A stretch of DNA of 64,000 nt, taken from Kudoa neothunni (taxonomy: Eukaryota > Animalia > Cnidaria). How positions within the stretch are numbered: position 1 is the stretch's first letter; each line of letters starts with the position of its first letter. The notes under the pieces are model-generated. The model did no database searches. It had not been told where the DNA came from and saw only the letters and a program-made list of their open reading frames with translations. This document shows, one piece after another, positions 37,856 to 51,600 of this stretch. Location of the stretch: NCBI GenBank assembly GCA_964304625.1, contig OZ199840.1, forward strand, positions 3,089,189 through 3,153,188. The letters are read 5' to 3'. A program made the position numbers and the translations under genes.

Positions 37856-39730
37856 CAGGGACAATCGCGACAACGTACATCTTTAAAAGTATCACCCCAC
37901 CATGTATTTATTCCTTATCTCAAAATTGTATGCGTAAATATTGTAATGCTTTTAAACGGTACGATAACATCCGACTTTTGCATTACATAATTTACATGTT
38001 ATTCAAAAAACTATAGTATTTCGGTTGTTTAATTTTACAGCGCTTACATAAAAAATATGTGTATATCATATCATCAATATCTTAATTAAATTTAAATGAC
38101 TAAATAATTAAACCGAAAAAATGAATATCACATGACTAAGAAATTTACACAATTTTTCGGTCATATTTTGATCGAATTTGCATTTTCTATCAGTAAAATA
38201 ATAAAAATGACAAGAACTAATGGTAAAGTAGAAAGAACTTAGGGGAAGAAATACAAAATAAAATATTTCATAAATTTACCCCTAATAAAATTAAAATAGA
38301 AACAAAAAAATCAAAATTTTATATATCACAACTTTTAATGGTAATCTTGGTAAGAAAGAAAGGATTTTTTTCTAATGTTAAAGGAAGGTTTGAATCAAAT
38401 AAAAAAAAATTTCACAATGGACCGAACACTTACTATGGAGAGGGTGTTTGTGATTGGATTTGTTTGATGAGATGTAAAGTAAAAATTAATTTCCCCATTT
38501 CGAATATTATGAATAAATGAATTGAGCTTTCTGCTGAAAATAAAAAAAAGAAAAATGTGAAACATGGTTGGTTTAAAGACTCTAAGGACGATTTAATTAA
38601 GTAAAAATTAATTTTCATGAAGAAGATGCGAAATAGTCGTCTTTGCAGTTGCTGAAGAACAAATTATACAACTTAAGTGAATTTGTTAAAATTATAACTC
38701 TGCTTGTGTACATAAAATCGACGAATCTGCATAATCCCATAGACAATGTTGGTTATATAATTTTTTAATTTATTTTTATATTACGAGATTTGTGATTTTA
38801 TCATAAAAAGTATAAATAGAAGAAAATCTATAAAACGAGTAACAATATCGCTTAATACCTCAAGGAATGGTGAATAACTTAAACCATTATCAATCGGCAA
38901 CTATAAAACCCACATTTATTGAGAATATTAAAAACTTGTTTTTCCATATAAAAATTACAATAAAGATTGTATTAATAATGATGTTTTCTTGAGATACATA
39001 ATCAAGTTTTAACAATTATTTAGAGAAAAGAATATGTAAATTATGATATTTCCTAACGCTCCCTCAGGGTATTTTAATAAAAAATGTATTCGCATAAAAA
39101 TGATTCTTCTGCTCAAAAAATAATATATTCTTTCAAATATAACTACAAAAGAACTATGATTAATCTATATATTGCTTGCATTAAAGTAGGCATGGATCCC
39201 ATCCCTCCAATCATATTAGAAGTAGCATTCTTAGAAGGGATGCAATTACTTTACAAGAAATTATAAACTGTTTTAAAATGGCTTATGCTCCCATTTATAA
39301 TTTGTCATTTATATGATTAAACGACGATTTAACAGTAATGTATGTGTCTAATCAAGAAAGCAGCGATATCATAATTTCAAAGACAAATAATGGCGCAATA
39401 CACTAAACAATAATAATAATAATACAATATGATAATGCGGTTGATTTGTTTTATAATGACTAATCCACATTTAATTTGGACGATAAATATAATTTAATGG
39501 ATTTCGTTAAATATGATGATAGGTTTTTTGAGGAAAGGTTTGAAGGTCAATTCAAAGACCTCCTGCTATGAATTTCAAAGAAATTTTAATTCTATTGGTG
39601 AACTTAAAAAATTCTATTTTAACCCAAAAATCAATCCTTTTAAAATTTTATCAATATTAGAGAACTAAATATACGACATCATGTGGAAGAATATGGAACA
39701 ATCAAATATTACAGATTATTTCAAAAATTA
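37856..39730 (+). mobile_element. Highly decayed pogo/Tigger-like element, right end lost
   Basis: TA|CAGGG start; C-terminal remnant QSNITDYFK at ~39698-39725, typical of pogo transposase ends. Confidence 0.45.
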
Positions 39731-39837
39731 CATTATACAAATTTTATTTTCTAATATATTTTGTCTTTTCTTTATTCATATATATTGTTTCATCAATTGA
39801 GCGTTGATATTTACTTTTAAGTGTAGAAAATAAAATA

Positions 39838-41727
39838 CAGTAGGTAACCGATGAAAAGTTACTGAAAACACGTCAGTGACGTATTTTCCGTAATTTTGTG
39901 CGTGCGCTGGAAATAAAAATTATAAGTATTTTAAGAAAATTTATATCATACCATACATACTCACGTATTTTTATTGAAGAAATATGTTATTTAATTTGGA
40001 GTTTTATTATTATAGATGTATTTCGTAATTTTTCGATCTAAATAAATTATGTCCTCTAGACAATCAATTCCTCTCTCTCTATTGTGTATTTCTTTAGCGT
40101 GTTTAAATATTTAAATATATCTTTTGATGATATATATTCCACCACATCCTCATCTTCAGTTTCAGTATCACTACCATTTGAATTAGCAGATTCAACAATC
40201 GAAGAAGAAGGTTTGTCAAAGTTTTTTGATGTAGGCATGATGGTTTCCTCTTGGATCATTTCAGAAATTTCAGCTGAGAACTCACTACTGCTCATATTGA
40301 TACTTGATGAATGCTCGCACTCATCAGCTACAGGAAACCCAGATTTTTTGAAGCAATTAAATATGGTATCCTTTGAAACATTATTCCACGATTTTTCAAT
40401 TAAGAACATGGATTGAAGTAAACCTGGCGGGGATGGATTTATACCTCTGCGAGTTGCAGCGATATGGCTTTCTATCAAATTATTTTTGTAGTTTGATTTA
40501 AATGAAAAAATTATACCCTGATCCAAAGGTTGCAAAACGATAGTTGAATTCTTTGGGAGGAAGATAGGTGAGATATTCGACAATTGAATTTCCGGGTGGC
40601 AAGTTGCATTATCGAGAAAAAGCGAAACTTGCTTGTTCTTCGTTTTAAACGAATTATCCAAATTAACAAGATATTTCTTAAATATCTCTCCCGTCATCCA
40701 AGCCCTCTCATTTGACTCATATTTTACTGGAAATGTTTTAACATTCTTAAAACAACGGGGGTTTTTGTGGTGTCCTATAACAAGAGGTTCAATGCGATCT
40801 CCAGACATAGAAGCACAAAGCAAAGCGTTGATTCTTTTTTTAGACTTTTTTTCTCGGTTAGAATTTGTCTCTAGTGACGAAACATAGCCTTTTCCTTAAA
40901 AATATTAATACATAGGCATTTAAAGTGATATACCTCTCTGTTGCTGGTAAAACAGCGCAGTTTCGTCTAGATTATAGATAGATTCAGCGTCGTAACCTTT
41001 GACTAAGTTATTCAATTTAGAGTGCTAATTTTCTATAACACTTGATTCAACATAAGCAGCATCACCATGGAAGGTGATATTTCTTAAATTAAATCGGGAT
41101 TTAAAACCACGAAACCATCCATGGGTCACCGCAACGTTTATGTTCAATTCTTGTGCCAATTAGTTCCTTTTATGTATGATATCGTGAGCAGATAATTCAA
41201 TTTTTTTTATCTCAAAAAATTCGCCCAGTCATACACAAAATTATCGATATCGTTGTTTGAACCTTGCTTAAGATTTTTTCACTTAGAAGAGACCAAACCC
41301 GTTTCATAAGATAAAACTATACCTTCCTTCTTGCTCAAGATGCTATCAAGAGTAGAAATGGAGGGAAGCTTAAATTTACTAACAGTAGTAGTTTTGGCAT
41401 CTCTGTTAGGTAAACTTTCGAAGAACTTAATAATTTCATATTTTTCGTTGATAGTTTTTCTATTTTTAAGTTTACCAGGTATTACAAAGGTAAAAACACG
41501 CGATCGCAAATTCACTTATAATCGACAAGTTACGGAAAATCGGTCAATTGCAAAAAATAGGCAAAAAACGCTTTTTCAATGTTCAATTTTTTTTAATTTT
41601 TACAGATTATTCTTAAAAAATACAAATAAAATCAAATATATGGTTTAAAATATTCGAATAATATTTTACATGAAGAAATTCTGAAGTTACCGAAAATCGG
41701 TTACTATGGAAAACCAGTTACCTACTG
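39838..41727 (-). mobile_element. pogo/Tigger (DDE_1) transposon with disrupted transposase
   Basis: TIR CAGTAGGTAAC; TA TSD; HTH N-terminus KTINEKYEII; DDE_1 motifs PLVIGHHKNPRCFK, AWMT, LFLDNATCH, FLPKNST..LQPLDQGII. Confidence 0.93.
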
Positions 41728-42109
41728 TAGTTAATATTGAAAATTAATCGATATTATATTAGATCAAATCAAAATGGGTTTATATGATTCTAAAAGAGAC
41801 AAGATTGAGATCAAACCATTTTTATTCTATTCGGGTGAAGGACACTTTAAATTTTATTATTAATTTCCGTATAATTAGTCATTTCTTTTTGTAGTTTCAA
41901 TGATATTAATTGTCATTTATAAATAAGCGATATCGAAAATCGGGATGTTGACTCCATAGTACATCATACTGTCCAGTTATCTCAATATTAACCGTGTCAC
42001 ACTAATATTCTATTCAGGATTTTACGCGTCTCATCAGAGCGTTTCATTAAACGTTCAAAAATTTCCATTCCCACAAAAATTTTGTCGCACCCCATGTTGG
42101 AAAACACTT
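41728..42109 (+). mobile_element. hAT MITE copy 2, right half only
   Basis: Roughly 75-80% identical (by eye) to 31525-31902 in direct orientation; ends GTTGGAAAACACTT followed by ATCTAAAC at 42110-42117. Confidence 0.82.
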
Positions 42110-42249
42110 ATCTAAACTAACACGCTTCGCCACCACTCGTATGAATTGAGGTATGGTTTTTCCTCATTTCCTTTTTATTGTATCAATAGAATTCCATATA
42201 ACTTTGAATTATGGTATTTACAATTTTTCCGCATTATTTAATGAAAAAC

Positions 42250-42463
42250 GCCTGGGGTTATATATGAACCCAAAAGCACAAAGTGTACAAAGTACGCATA
42301 TCGTATTAATTTTGATAATTAAAAACTTTTTTCTCGCGTTATATTGAACATTGCTTTAGGAGAATAGACATAATACCAGACATTTTTGGCTACATAAAGG
42401 ATATTAAAATCATGCTACAATATGCTCTGGAGTCATATGACCCCAGAGCGCTCGAAAGATTAA
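42250..42463 (-). mobile_element. piggyBac terminal fragment
   Basis: AAAAGCACAAAGTGTA shared with ~30485; subterminal palindrome GGAGTCATATGACCCC; ends GCTCGAAAGA|TTAA. Confidence 0.65.
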
Positions 42464-42603
42464 TGATTCCAAGCGACAATAAAAAGAACAAAAATGAAAA
42501 CTCAAGTTCAAAAATAGATAGCGCAAACAACAGAAAAACATTTCATAAAAATTAGCAACAGGAAGAAGGTTCAGAAACTATATACAGAGATTGATGAGCA
42601 AAA

Positions 42604-44976
42604 TTAATAACGTTCCATCAAAAGCGTTACAAGTTGGTCAAGAGAACCTACCGGAGCAAATTCACCAACCAGTTTTCTAAGCACATTGGCTTTTTCTATA
42701 AAAAGCTCTTTAAGTGTGAATTGACGTTTAGCGAATGTGTAACCAATGAAAAATTGGCAAAATCGTTCAATACAAATTGAGAGATTGGTGTTTTTTCCAA
42801 TTTTAGTGCCAATTCTAACCAACATATCCAAGTAATCGATCCATTGTTGATCATTTCCGAGGAGTTCATTACTACAGTAGGTATCGAGTTGTAAATGGGT
42901 GCCATGAAAAACGAGTATTGAGTTAGGGTCGTTTAGACTTGAAGATACGCTAGATTTGAGTTTATTCTCGGTTGATTGAAGTAGAGGGCTTGGCGTAGCG
43001 GTCATCACTGTCTTCTCATAACTTTCCTCATCATCTCCATCATCTCCATTCATTTCTATCAAATTGGAATCCAATGAAACACTTTGTACATCTAAATTGG
43101 CGTGTAAAATAGTAGTAGAATAAGCGGATTGGAACTTTCAGTCGAATTATGATTCTCAGCAGGGGTGGTGGCCTCAGATGAAATTTCTCCTTCTTCAAGT
43201 TCGGCTCCCACATTTGATGAATGCGACGAAAGACTACTATCGCTATCTGCCATAGTAATGATCTCGCAGGGTTGTGTATATTTTTTGTGAGTAGTGGCAA
43301 GCTGATGAGGAGCGATCGAGGTAGTTTCGGCAGATTCGCCATTACCGATTGACGCTTCAACAGGATTTATTACATCAAGTCTGTGAATTCCATCCCAAAA
43401 GTTATTCTCGTCGAGAGTATGGTTCTCTTCTTGAGGCAGGAACAGCAATGACATACTATGAATATAATCTAGAAGCTGATAATGAATTGTACAGCTAAAT
43501 TCATAAATAGTTGGATAGATTCTAAAAAGTGGGCACAACATTGACAGCACCATCAGATCTGATAATGTCGACCCAAAAACAACACAATTATGTGTGTTAT
43601 TTGGGATCATACAATTGTCATCGAGAAGTGGCAAACAAACATTAGGACTAATTTTAAGATGTGTTAATTGTGTGCGATGATTTTTCAGCCAATGGCTGAG
43701 AACACTGAAAAAGAATACAGGCAAAGATTTCAACCATAAACAACAATTCTGGCGTCCAATATCGATACCGCCTGAATTGCCGCCAATACCAATAAGGTGG
43801 TTAGATTGTGAGGAATAAAAATTCGTTCCCCTCTCAAACACATTATCTTGTATTTTATCGCGAGTTACTCTCAGAGTGAAACTATGCAACACACTGTACA
43901 ATGTGAGGAAAGCAAATCTAGGGCTTAACTCAAACAAATTGTTGTATATCTCCTCGCCAATTGGTACAGTGGCGCAGGTCTCATAAAACAACTGTTTGAT
44001 TAAATTTAATGGTGAATAATCTCCTAGACGACCACCGCACCGTTCATTTTTATCGTACCAACTCTCATCCATCAACACACATGCTAAACACTCCAAAAGA
44101 GTTGGAGAGTAGAAACTAAGTGCTGCGCTAATTAAATTTTGCATAAAAAACAGTTTAAGCTCTCTGTTATTTTGAAACTCGGCGCTTTTTCGGTACGACT
44201 TGACATCCCTGAAAAAAAATTCTATCATCATACAGCCAATCTTTCCAACTTTCACATGCTGCTCAAAATATCGACACATGGACAAATAGATCTCAGTCTC
44301 AATAGTTGAGAGAAATTTAGGATCTTCAGCATTTTCTTCGTCGTTAGTAAATATTTTTTCGAATACAAACTCATCCACCAGCTCCACAATACTCTAAACG
44401 GCAATTCAAAATGAGAATGGGCATGTCTGATCAACTATCCGCATCACTGCTGTAGTATATCATACATCTAACCGTTGGATTTCAATCTGATCTTTATTGG
44501 AGTTGTTTGCCAATTCCACAATTGCACTCAAATAATTTTGCAACATGCACATCATAAAGAATATGCCATTATTGGTTGTGGAGAGACGAGAATAATTTCT
44601 CATCACCCAGCTGGCCATTTCAGCATCTTCACTCCATATTAGACTTTCTGGTGGTTTGGTAGTGTTTTCGTCCAACGTTTTCGATCTAGTCATGAGCTTT
44701 GATCGCTTCCCTGCGTGCGCTTGGTTTGAATAAACTCTCCGTAGGCTTGTTTGTTTCAACTATAGCTATTAAAATAAATATATTTGTTCTTAATGGAAGA
44801 GACATTTTGTTATTTAAATACCAAAGCTTCTTCTTTTATTGTAGATATGATTGAGTTGCGTTTATAACATTTTTTATATATGTAGATACAGTGATTAATT
44901 TACGAATTAACCTTCGAATACCTGGAGGTGGCTGATTAGCCCTTGTCACATCAATAACTTTCACAAAATATTTCAT
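42604..44976 (-). CDS. INTS15: Integrator complex subunit 15 (C7orf26); exons 44976-44890, 44759-44466, 44393-43136, 43091-42604 (first exon tentative)
   Basis: Collinear motifs versus remembered human C7orf26: VELVDEFVF (VELLEEFVF), MCRYFEQ (MCNYFQE), LLECLACVL (VLECAASWL), LSPRF (ASPRF), SMLCPL (CVKAPL), CTIHYQLL (SKLHLSVL), IERFCQ (LDRLAQ). Confidence 0.8.
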
Positions 44977-45593
44977 TTCCCTTTTTCCCTACGTGTATTT
45001 TATAATATAATAATTCTTTTAAAAATATTTAAATACGAGAGTTTACGTTTAATTTTTCGCCTGAAATCAAAAAAAAGTTACACATACTTGAACGTGCTTA
45101 CCATATTAATAATAACGTCTATACAGGTAAACACATAAAAAAGCCTTTCTGCAGTAAATTAAAAATCGTAAATATACTTTGAAGCAACGAATTTTTAAAA
45201 AATTCCTTTTTTTCTATTACACCTTAATTCACCCCAATTCTGTTAACGAATTTAATCTGGCATGAGCATCGCGCATAATATAATAATTTTGTTAAATTAC
45301 ATATCAACAAAAAGTAGTAAGATAAATATAGTTGTTTAAAGTTTAACTTAGATCATCTTATCATAGCTGAAAAATTCAAAATTTAAAAATCCTTAATTTA
45401 TATATATTTCTTATTCATAAATTAATTTATAAATTTAACATGTTTCTGTCAACAGGGAAAGAGATTTTATAATAAAATCATGGATTTTGAGATAAAAACA
45501 AAACTTTAGCTGTTAAAATAAGAAAAAAATGCGAAAAATGAAGCAATAATACAACTGTTTATTTCTAATTTTTCACGATATTCAAAGTATATA

Positions 45594-47783
45594 CAGTAGT
45601 AGGCAATCGATTTTTCGTACTTTTCGGAGCATGCGCGTCTTAAAAATCATGCATGATAATCGGGGAGGAATTTAAATGATTTTTCATTAAAATTTATTTC
45701 ATTTTCTGTTTAATTTACTATAAATAATAAAAAATAAAAATAAACCCGTTTAATGCTATTACTGATATGAGTAAATTTAATTTTTTTTATATTTTAATTG
45801 ACATTCAACATTTATATCAAAATCGTATTTATTTTATGTATAAATTTTCTTTATAATTTCATCTTTATGATTAAATAAAAATTTATCATGTTGTAAATTT
45901 TGAGCTAAGTGATTTCGAATTAAATTATTGCAGTGACAAGAAACGATAGTAATGGTTTTTTATCTTATCTCGTCAACTATTATCAATTTTGATAATCAAT
46001 AATGAAAAGTTGGTAATAGAAACAAAAAAATAACTGAGAAACGACTTTAAGAATCGATTTTGTGGAAATAATCAGTTATCTTAGTATGGCTAAATTTTTT
46101 TGAATAATACATTTGATAGCGTACTTTCCAGCTCTATGACCAAGTTGTTACTCATCAATTGCATTACGGTTGATGAAACCTCAAAATTTTCGAATTGATT
46201 CTATAACTTCTTTCAAAGAAATACCATAGATTTTAAATCTTAAGATATATCATCATCATTGTGATTCTTTTATCTTTTCTGTGTTATGCTGTAAGTTAAC
46301 TGAATCTTCATTATCCATTGAAAATTATCGTGCTCCTCTAGAATCATCTCGTCAATTTCCGCATCAATTTCTGTTAGTTCATAGAGCGTAATTTCATTAT
46401 TTATATCTTTACCGTTAGCTGAAGAAAATCTAGCTTTAAAACAATTTAACATGGTCTTATTGCTAACAGACTCTCACGCTTCTCTAGTTAAAAATATAGA
46501 TTCCAGATAATCTGAGGAAGTTGAGAAATAGCCAGCTTCTGTGAATGCAAAGAACTTTTGTATAATTTCACTTTCATATGCCGCTTTGAACGAGTGGATA
46601 ATACTCTAATCTAAAGGCCGCAAAACGCATATCCTATTTTGAGGAAGAAAATCCATTTTTATATGGCTTAAATCGTTGTGAAAATTAGAAATTGCATTGT
46701 CGAATATAAAACAATTTTATCAGAATTTATTCAAAAAACTTATTTAAACCAGTTATATATTTTATAAACATATAATCGATCATTCATGCATTTTTGCGGA
46801 ACTCATAATTTAGTAGAAGATTTTTTACATTTTTAGATCACCTCGATTTATCAGAATACCAAATAATCAAAGGATCCAGTTTCTTACCAGATATGAAAAT
46901 ATGAAAGCACCCAAGAGGATTGTCATTCTTTTTTTCTCTTTTATATTCGTCTATAGACATTCTGCTTAGTTGTGACATAGCTCTTTCCTAAAACTATGCA
47001 AACATATACAAACGAAAATTTTAGCTCCTGTTGCTGATAGTGTAGCGCAGTTTCTTCGATTTTAAAAACACAGTCGGTGAACAGTCCTTTATTATATCTA
47101 ATAACATTGGAATCCACCTTTAATTGTTTCGCTGTCAAGGATACAAAAATCATCATGATAATTTTGCCATTTTAGATTGAATATTGATTGAAATCCTTTA
47201 AACATAAACCGTCGGTTATTGATGAATCCACACACAAATCATTTAAGCGCAATGCTCTCATTTTATTAATCATATCAGTAGAAGTTATTTCTATTTTTTG
47301 AAAGCACCAAATTAATCCACTCAAACTTCTCAGAATCGAGCTCTTTGTCGGTACTATATTTCAATTTTTTTCGCGGAAACTAGCCCGCCTCCATAGCGTT
47401 TCATTATTTCTTCTTTATTATGAAGAATGCCATCCAATATTGAGATTGTAGGAAGTTTAATATGTCGAATAGTAGCATCCTCCGCTCCCTTATTAGGCGT
47501 GTTCAAAAAATTCGATTATTTCAAATTCTTCCTTAATTGTTATGCTTTTTTATTTTTTTCTGTCATCTGAAAACTACTAAAAACCAGAAAATTCCATCAA
47601 AATTCCATCAAATCCACAACAATGGATTTTTCGTATTTTAATCGCTTTTTCTTTATTTGTACATTTTTTAAAATATAATTTAATATGATATTCTAATATT
47701 GAATCTTAACTTTTACAGAAACTTTCAGAGTAAACCAGAAACAAGTAGTTAATAAATACGAAAAATCGATCGCCTGCCTACTG
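45594..47783 (-). mobile_element. Decayed pogo/Tigger transposon related to 39838-41727
   Basis: ~27-bp TIR CAGTAG-TAGGCAATCGATTTTTCGTA / CAGTAGGCAGGCGATCGATTTTTCGTA; TA/TG flanks; remnants KSITIKEEFEII, LPTISILDGIL, MLNCFK. Confidence 0.88.
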
Positions 47784-48612
47784 TGCAGGCGTAATTATTT
47801 ATTCCTATTCTTTTCACTTGCGCAAATAAACTTCACAAAAATGGATCATTGATTTATTTTTATTAAATTTATTATATTTTAAGACGTAAAAAGTAACGCA
47901 AATAACTATATTCTTATCCCAAAATGCAACGATTTTTATTATTTTAATACATTTGTACATGTGGTCACAGTGGTCATCCCAAGGTTTTCGTAACTTTTCC
48001 CTCAGGTGTTCGAGGGTTAAACCTATTATATTATGTTCCGAAAAAAGTGATAATATAATGTTTCATATTTTTTAGTAATGATATTAAAAAATTGTAAAAC
48101 GGAGCTTATACACCTTTAACTGCTAATTTATTTATCAAATTTAGTGGAGAAATTCAGCATTAGTTGAATGACAACAAATTTAAAGCTACATCAAGTCATC
48201 CAATTAAAAAACCATTATTTTACTTGCGGAATAGCTTAAATAATCAAGAGAATTAATGAAAATATTCTATGAAACGCGTAGTATTTTTTAAGATATAAAT
48301 AGTAATTTCCACAATATTTTATGTTTATAACTAAACCGGCCACAAAAGCCATCATACAATCAAAACTCGACAAATATACAAAATCTTATAAAATGAATCT
48401 TCGGAATTTTTCTCACATTTTAGCTCTAAAACGTGCCTGTAACGATAGAGCATTCGCAATAATGTTTGAATATTATAATTGGATTTGTTAAATTTAGTTA
48501 AAATTATTTTCTTCTGCGAGAAAAATAATATCTCAAGTATTTTTTCGAATATAACCCAATAGATAGCAGCCCCGATGATGATGAATCGGCAAGCTGCGCA
48601 GCCATATTAACA

Positions 48613-51600
48613 ATGTTTAAAGGCTTTGAAGCTACGTCATCCCGTGTCAAATGTAAGATCTAGATGTCATATTTTGTAGTCAGGTTTTTTTGGATTGCAT
48701 TTAGCTTTATGTTTTCATCCGAGAAGACCTTGGATTTTGGCCGGCCTCTACAACGGAGATATCCAACTCTGGGACTACAGGATCAAAAGTCTTGTTTCCA
48801 CCTTCAGCGAATGTGAAGGTCCTGTTCGGTGTGTGTCTTTTCATGAAGATCAGCCGTTGTTTGCGTCTGGTGGGGACGACTATAAAATAAGAGTAACCCA
48901 CATTAGCCTATGCATATGTTTGGTATTTCAAACGTTGTTATTTCGTATTGTGAGTAGGTGTGGAATTATCAACAAAAACGATGCCTGTTTGTGCTCAACG
49001 GGCATATGGATTATGTGAGGACAGTGTTTTTTCATAGTGTAAGTTGATTGGATTTTAATCACAGCACAGCCCGCCCAACTCCATCCAGTCATCGGTTGTT
49101 TTATCCTCCAAATCGCTGTTTGTTTAAACATTTTTTTTAAATTGGACTACCTGCTATTGCATCTAAAATTTTTTCATTAAATTCACTGCCGAATGTACAA
49201 ATATACTTTTGGGATCACATTAAATACAACTACGACAGATTGGTGTTGTTGTTGGGCAGGTGTACTTGATTTAAATAATTCATTATGAACTATAATAGCA
49301 ATATCCATGGATTATCAGTTCAAGTGATGACCAAACTATAAAAATATGGAACTGGCAATCGCGCAAGTGCATTCTAACTCTCCCAGGGCACAGTCATTAT
49401 GTGATGTGTGCCAAATTCCACCCCACAGAGCATACAGTTATATCCTGCAGTCTCGACCAGACAATAAAAATTTGGGATCTTTCTACATTTTTTCTAAGAT
49501 TTGTTGGCCCGAGATCGGCACTTCCGATATCAGGTAATTATTCATGAGTGAAATTAATGGCGGTTAAATCTTGTGTATGTTTGCATAAAATCGGTGGTTA
49601 GTTTGATAGAAATAGTTGTTTATTTAAAAATTAATTATAAATTTCGGGTAGATACGCTTGCGCAATATTTATGCAAAATCTTTACAACTATCGTATGTAT
49701 GTTGCATACACTATTTAATTTTTGTAATATAATATGGTTAATTTTTGTCGAGCTCCAAGTGATAGAAATAATAAACTACGTACAAAATATTAAATCCTTA
49801 CGTGTCTAATATATACGGATATTATTGCTCACTATTATTTGTATTTTGAGGTTTTAACTCTTTATTGTCTAATACACACGGATATTATTGTGTGATGTTA
49901 ATTGGTCTTTTGAGAATTTAATTCTTAATTCCAAACACGCTTGCGCAATTTTTATATGTATCTTTACAACTATCGTATGGAATTTATGTACACTGTTTAA
50001 TTTTTATAAGCTGCTGTATTTAATTAGAATTCAATAAATATCTAAGCTTATTATCGTAATATTTATGAACTATAGTTACAACGGCACACAAGGGATTAAC
50101 ATGTTAATGCTCAATGATTACGTCTTTACATAATTAAGTTAACACTTGCGCAGTCGGAATTGGCTACTCCTTGACAACATTAAATAGCACTTACAATAAG
50201 TGCATTGCTTTCAGGTAAATTTATTTAAGTGTCACTAAGCAAGTGAATTTACACTAACAATAGGAAATGATAGTTTTCGTGGTAAAATTTAACCCACAAC
50301 GCAGACGCGCGTGCGCGTTTTTAGAAATACACAAACTTCTATTTACAGTTAACGTATAAAGTTCATTTTTTGTAATTTGCGTCCCTAATTATTCTTGGTC
50401 CATCTTTATCACTCGTAGGGGCAAAAAATAATTATGTGCAGTCAAAATTAATGACAAATGAATACTATTTACCAGGAAAATAAACACTTTCTTCAACTAA
50501 TAGTATACTTATGTCCGCTGTAATTTTAAGAAGCTTATGATATTAAACTGAAAACTACTGTCGTATTTAACATAGTGGGTTGATTTGAAGAGGATTTATA
50601 ATATTTTTTAATCGCACCCATCCAAAATCCAAAATGGTTGCGAATTAAAACATAAATATAGAATTGATTTATTTAATTTAATTATGTCATCCGAAATCAG
50701 ATTCAGATTTACTCATGAATATAGCTGTAATTTAGGAAGATATTATTTAAAAATATTTAGATGCTTAATTTTATTAAATTTATAGTACATTCAGTCTAAA
50801 AACGAGAATGCAATGAGGGACGATCGTTATAAAAACACACAAAGATTGTATAATGTGCCACAACAAAATAAAGCTTCAATTTTTTTGAGTAATAATGATT
50901 TTTACTTGTAGCCTCATCTATTGAGACGTACACTCACAACACTGTGGAAGCTCACACGAGAGCTATCAACTGGGTGTCATTTCATCCCACCGAGAGACTG
51001 ATACTGAGTGCCAGTGACGACAAACAGATAAAAATGTGGCGCTACTCTGATTCGTCCGCTTGGGAAATAGACAGTTTTCGGGGACACATCAACAATATTT
51101 GTTGTGCAGAATTCATTCCCAAGCTGAACCTTATGGTTAGCGCTTCCGAAGATAAAACCGTTCGTTTGTGGGATGTGGAGAAACGTGTCTCTATTGGTGT
51201 TCATCGTAGCAACAACAACGAACGTTTCTGGTGTGTGGCTGTTCATCCGAACAATAATTTGGTTGTTTGTGGTCACGACAATGGATTTATCATGTATAAA
51301 CTTCACAACAGCAGACCACCCTTTCAATTCTTTCCCATGACAAGTGATGTGTATTTTGTGAAAGATAATGCATTCTTTCGTTTCGATTTGATTGGAGCAA
51401 AATATTCAAAATTGTCCCCTTTGAAACCATCCGAAAGTCACTATCCACCTAAAAGTGTCTCCTTCAATGCTGCCTCCAAGTCGCTCATAGTTTCTCATCC
51501 AGCCAGAAAAAAACACGTTGATCACATCTGCGTAGATCTATATGAATTCAGCAGTGATCTCTCGAAGTATTTGACCTGCAAAAAGTTGTCCGCCAAATGC

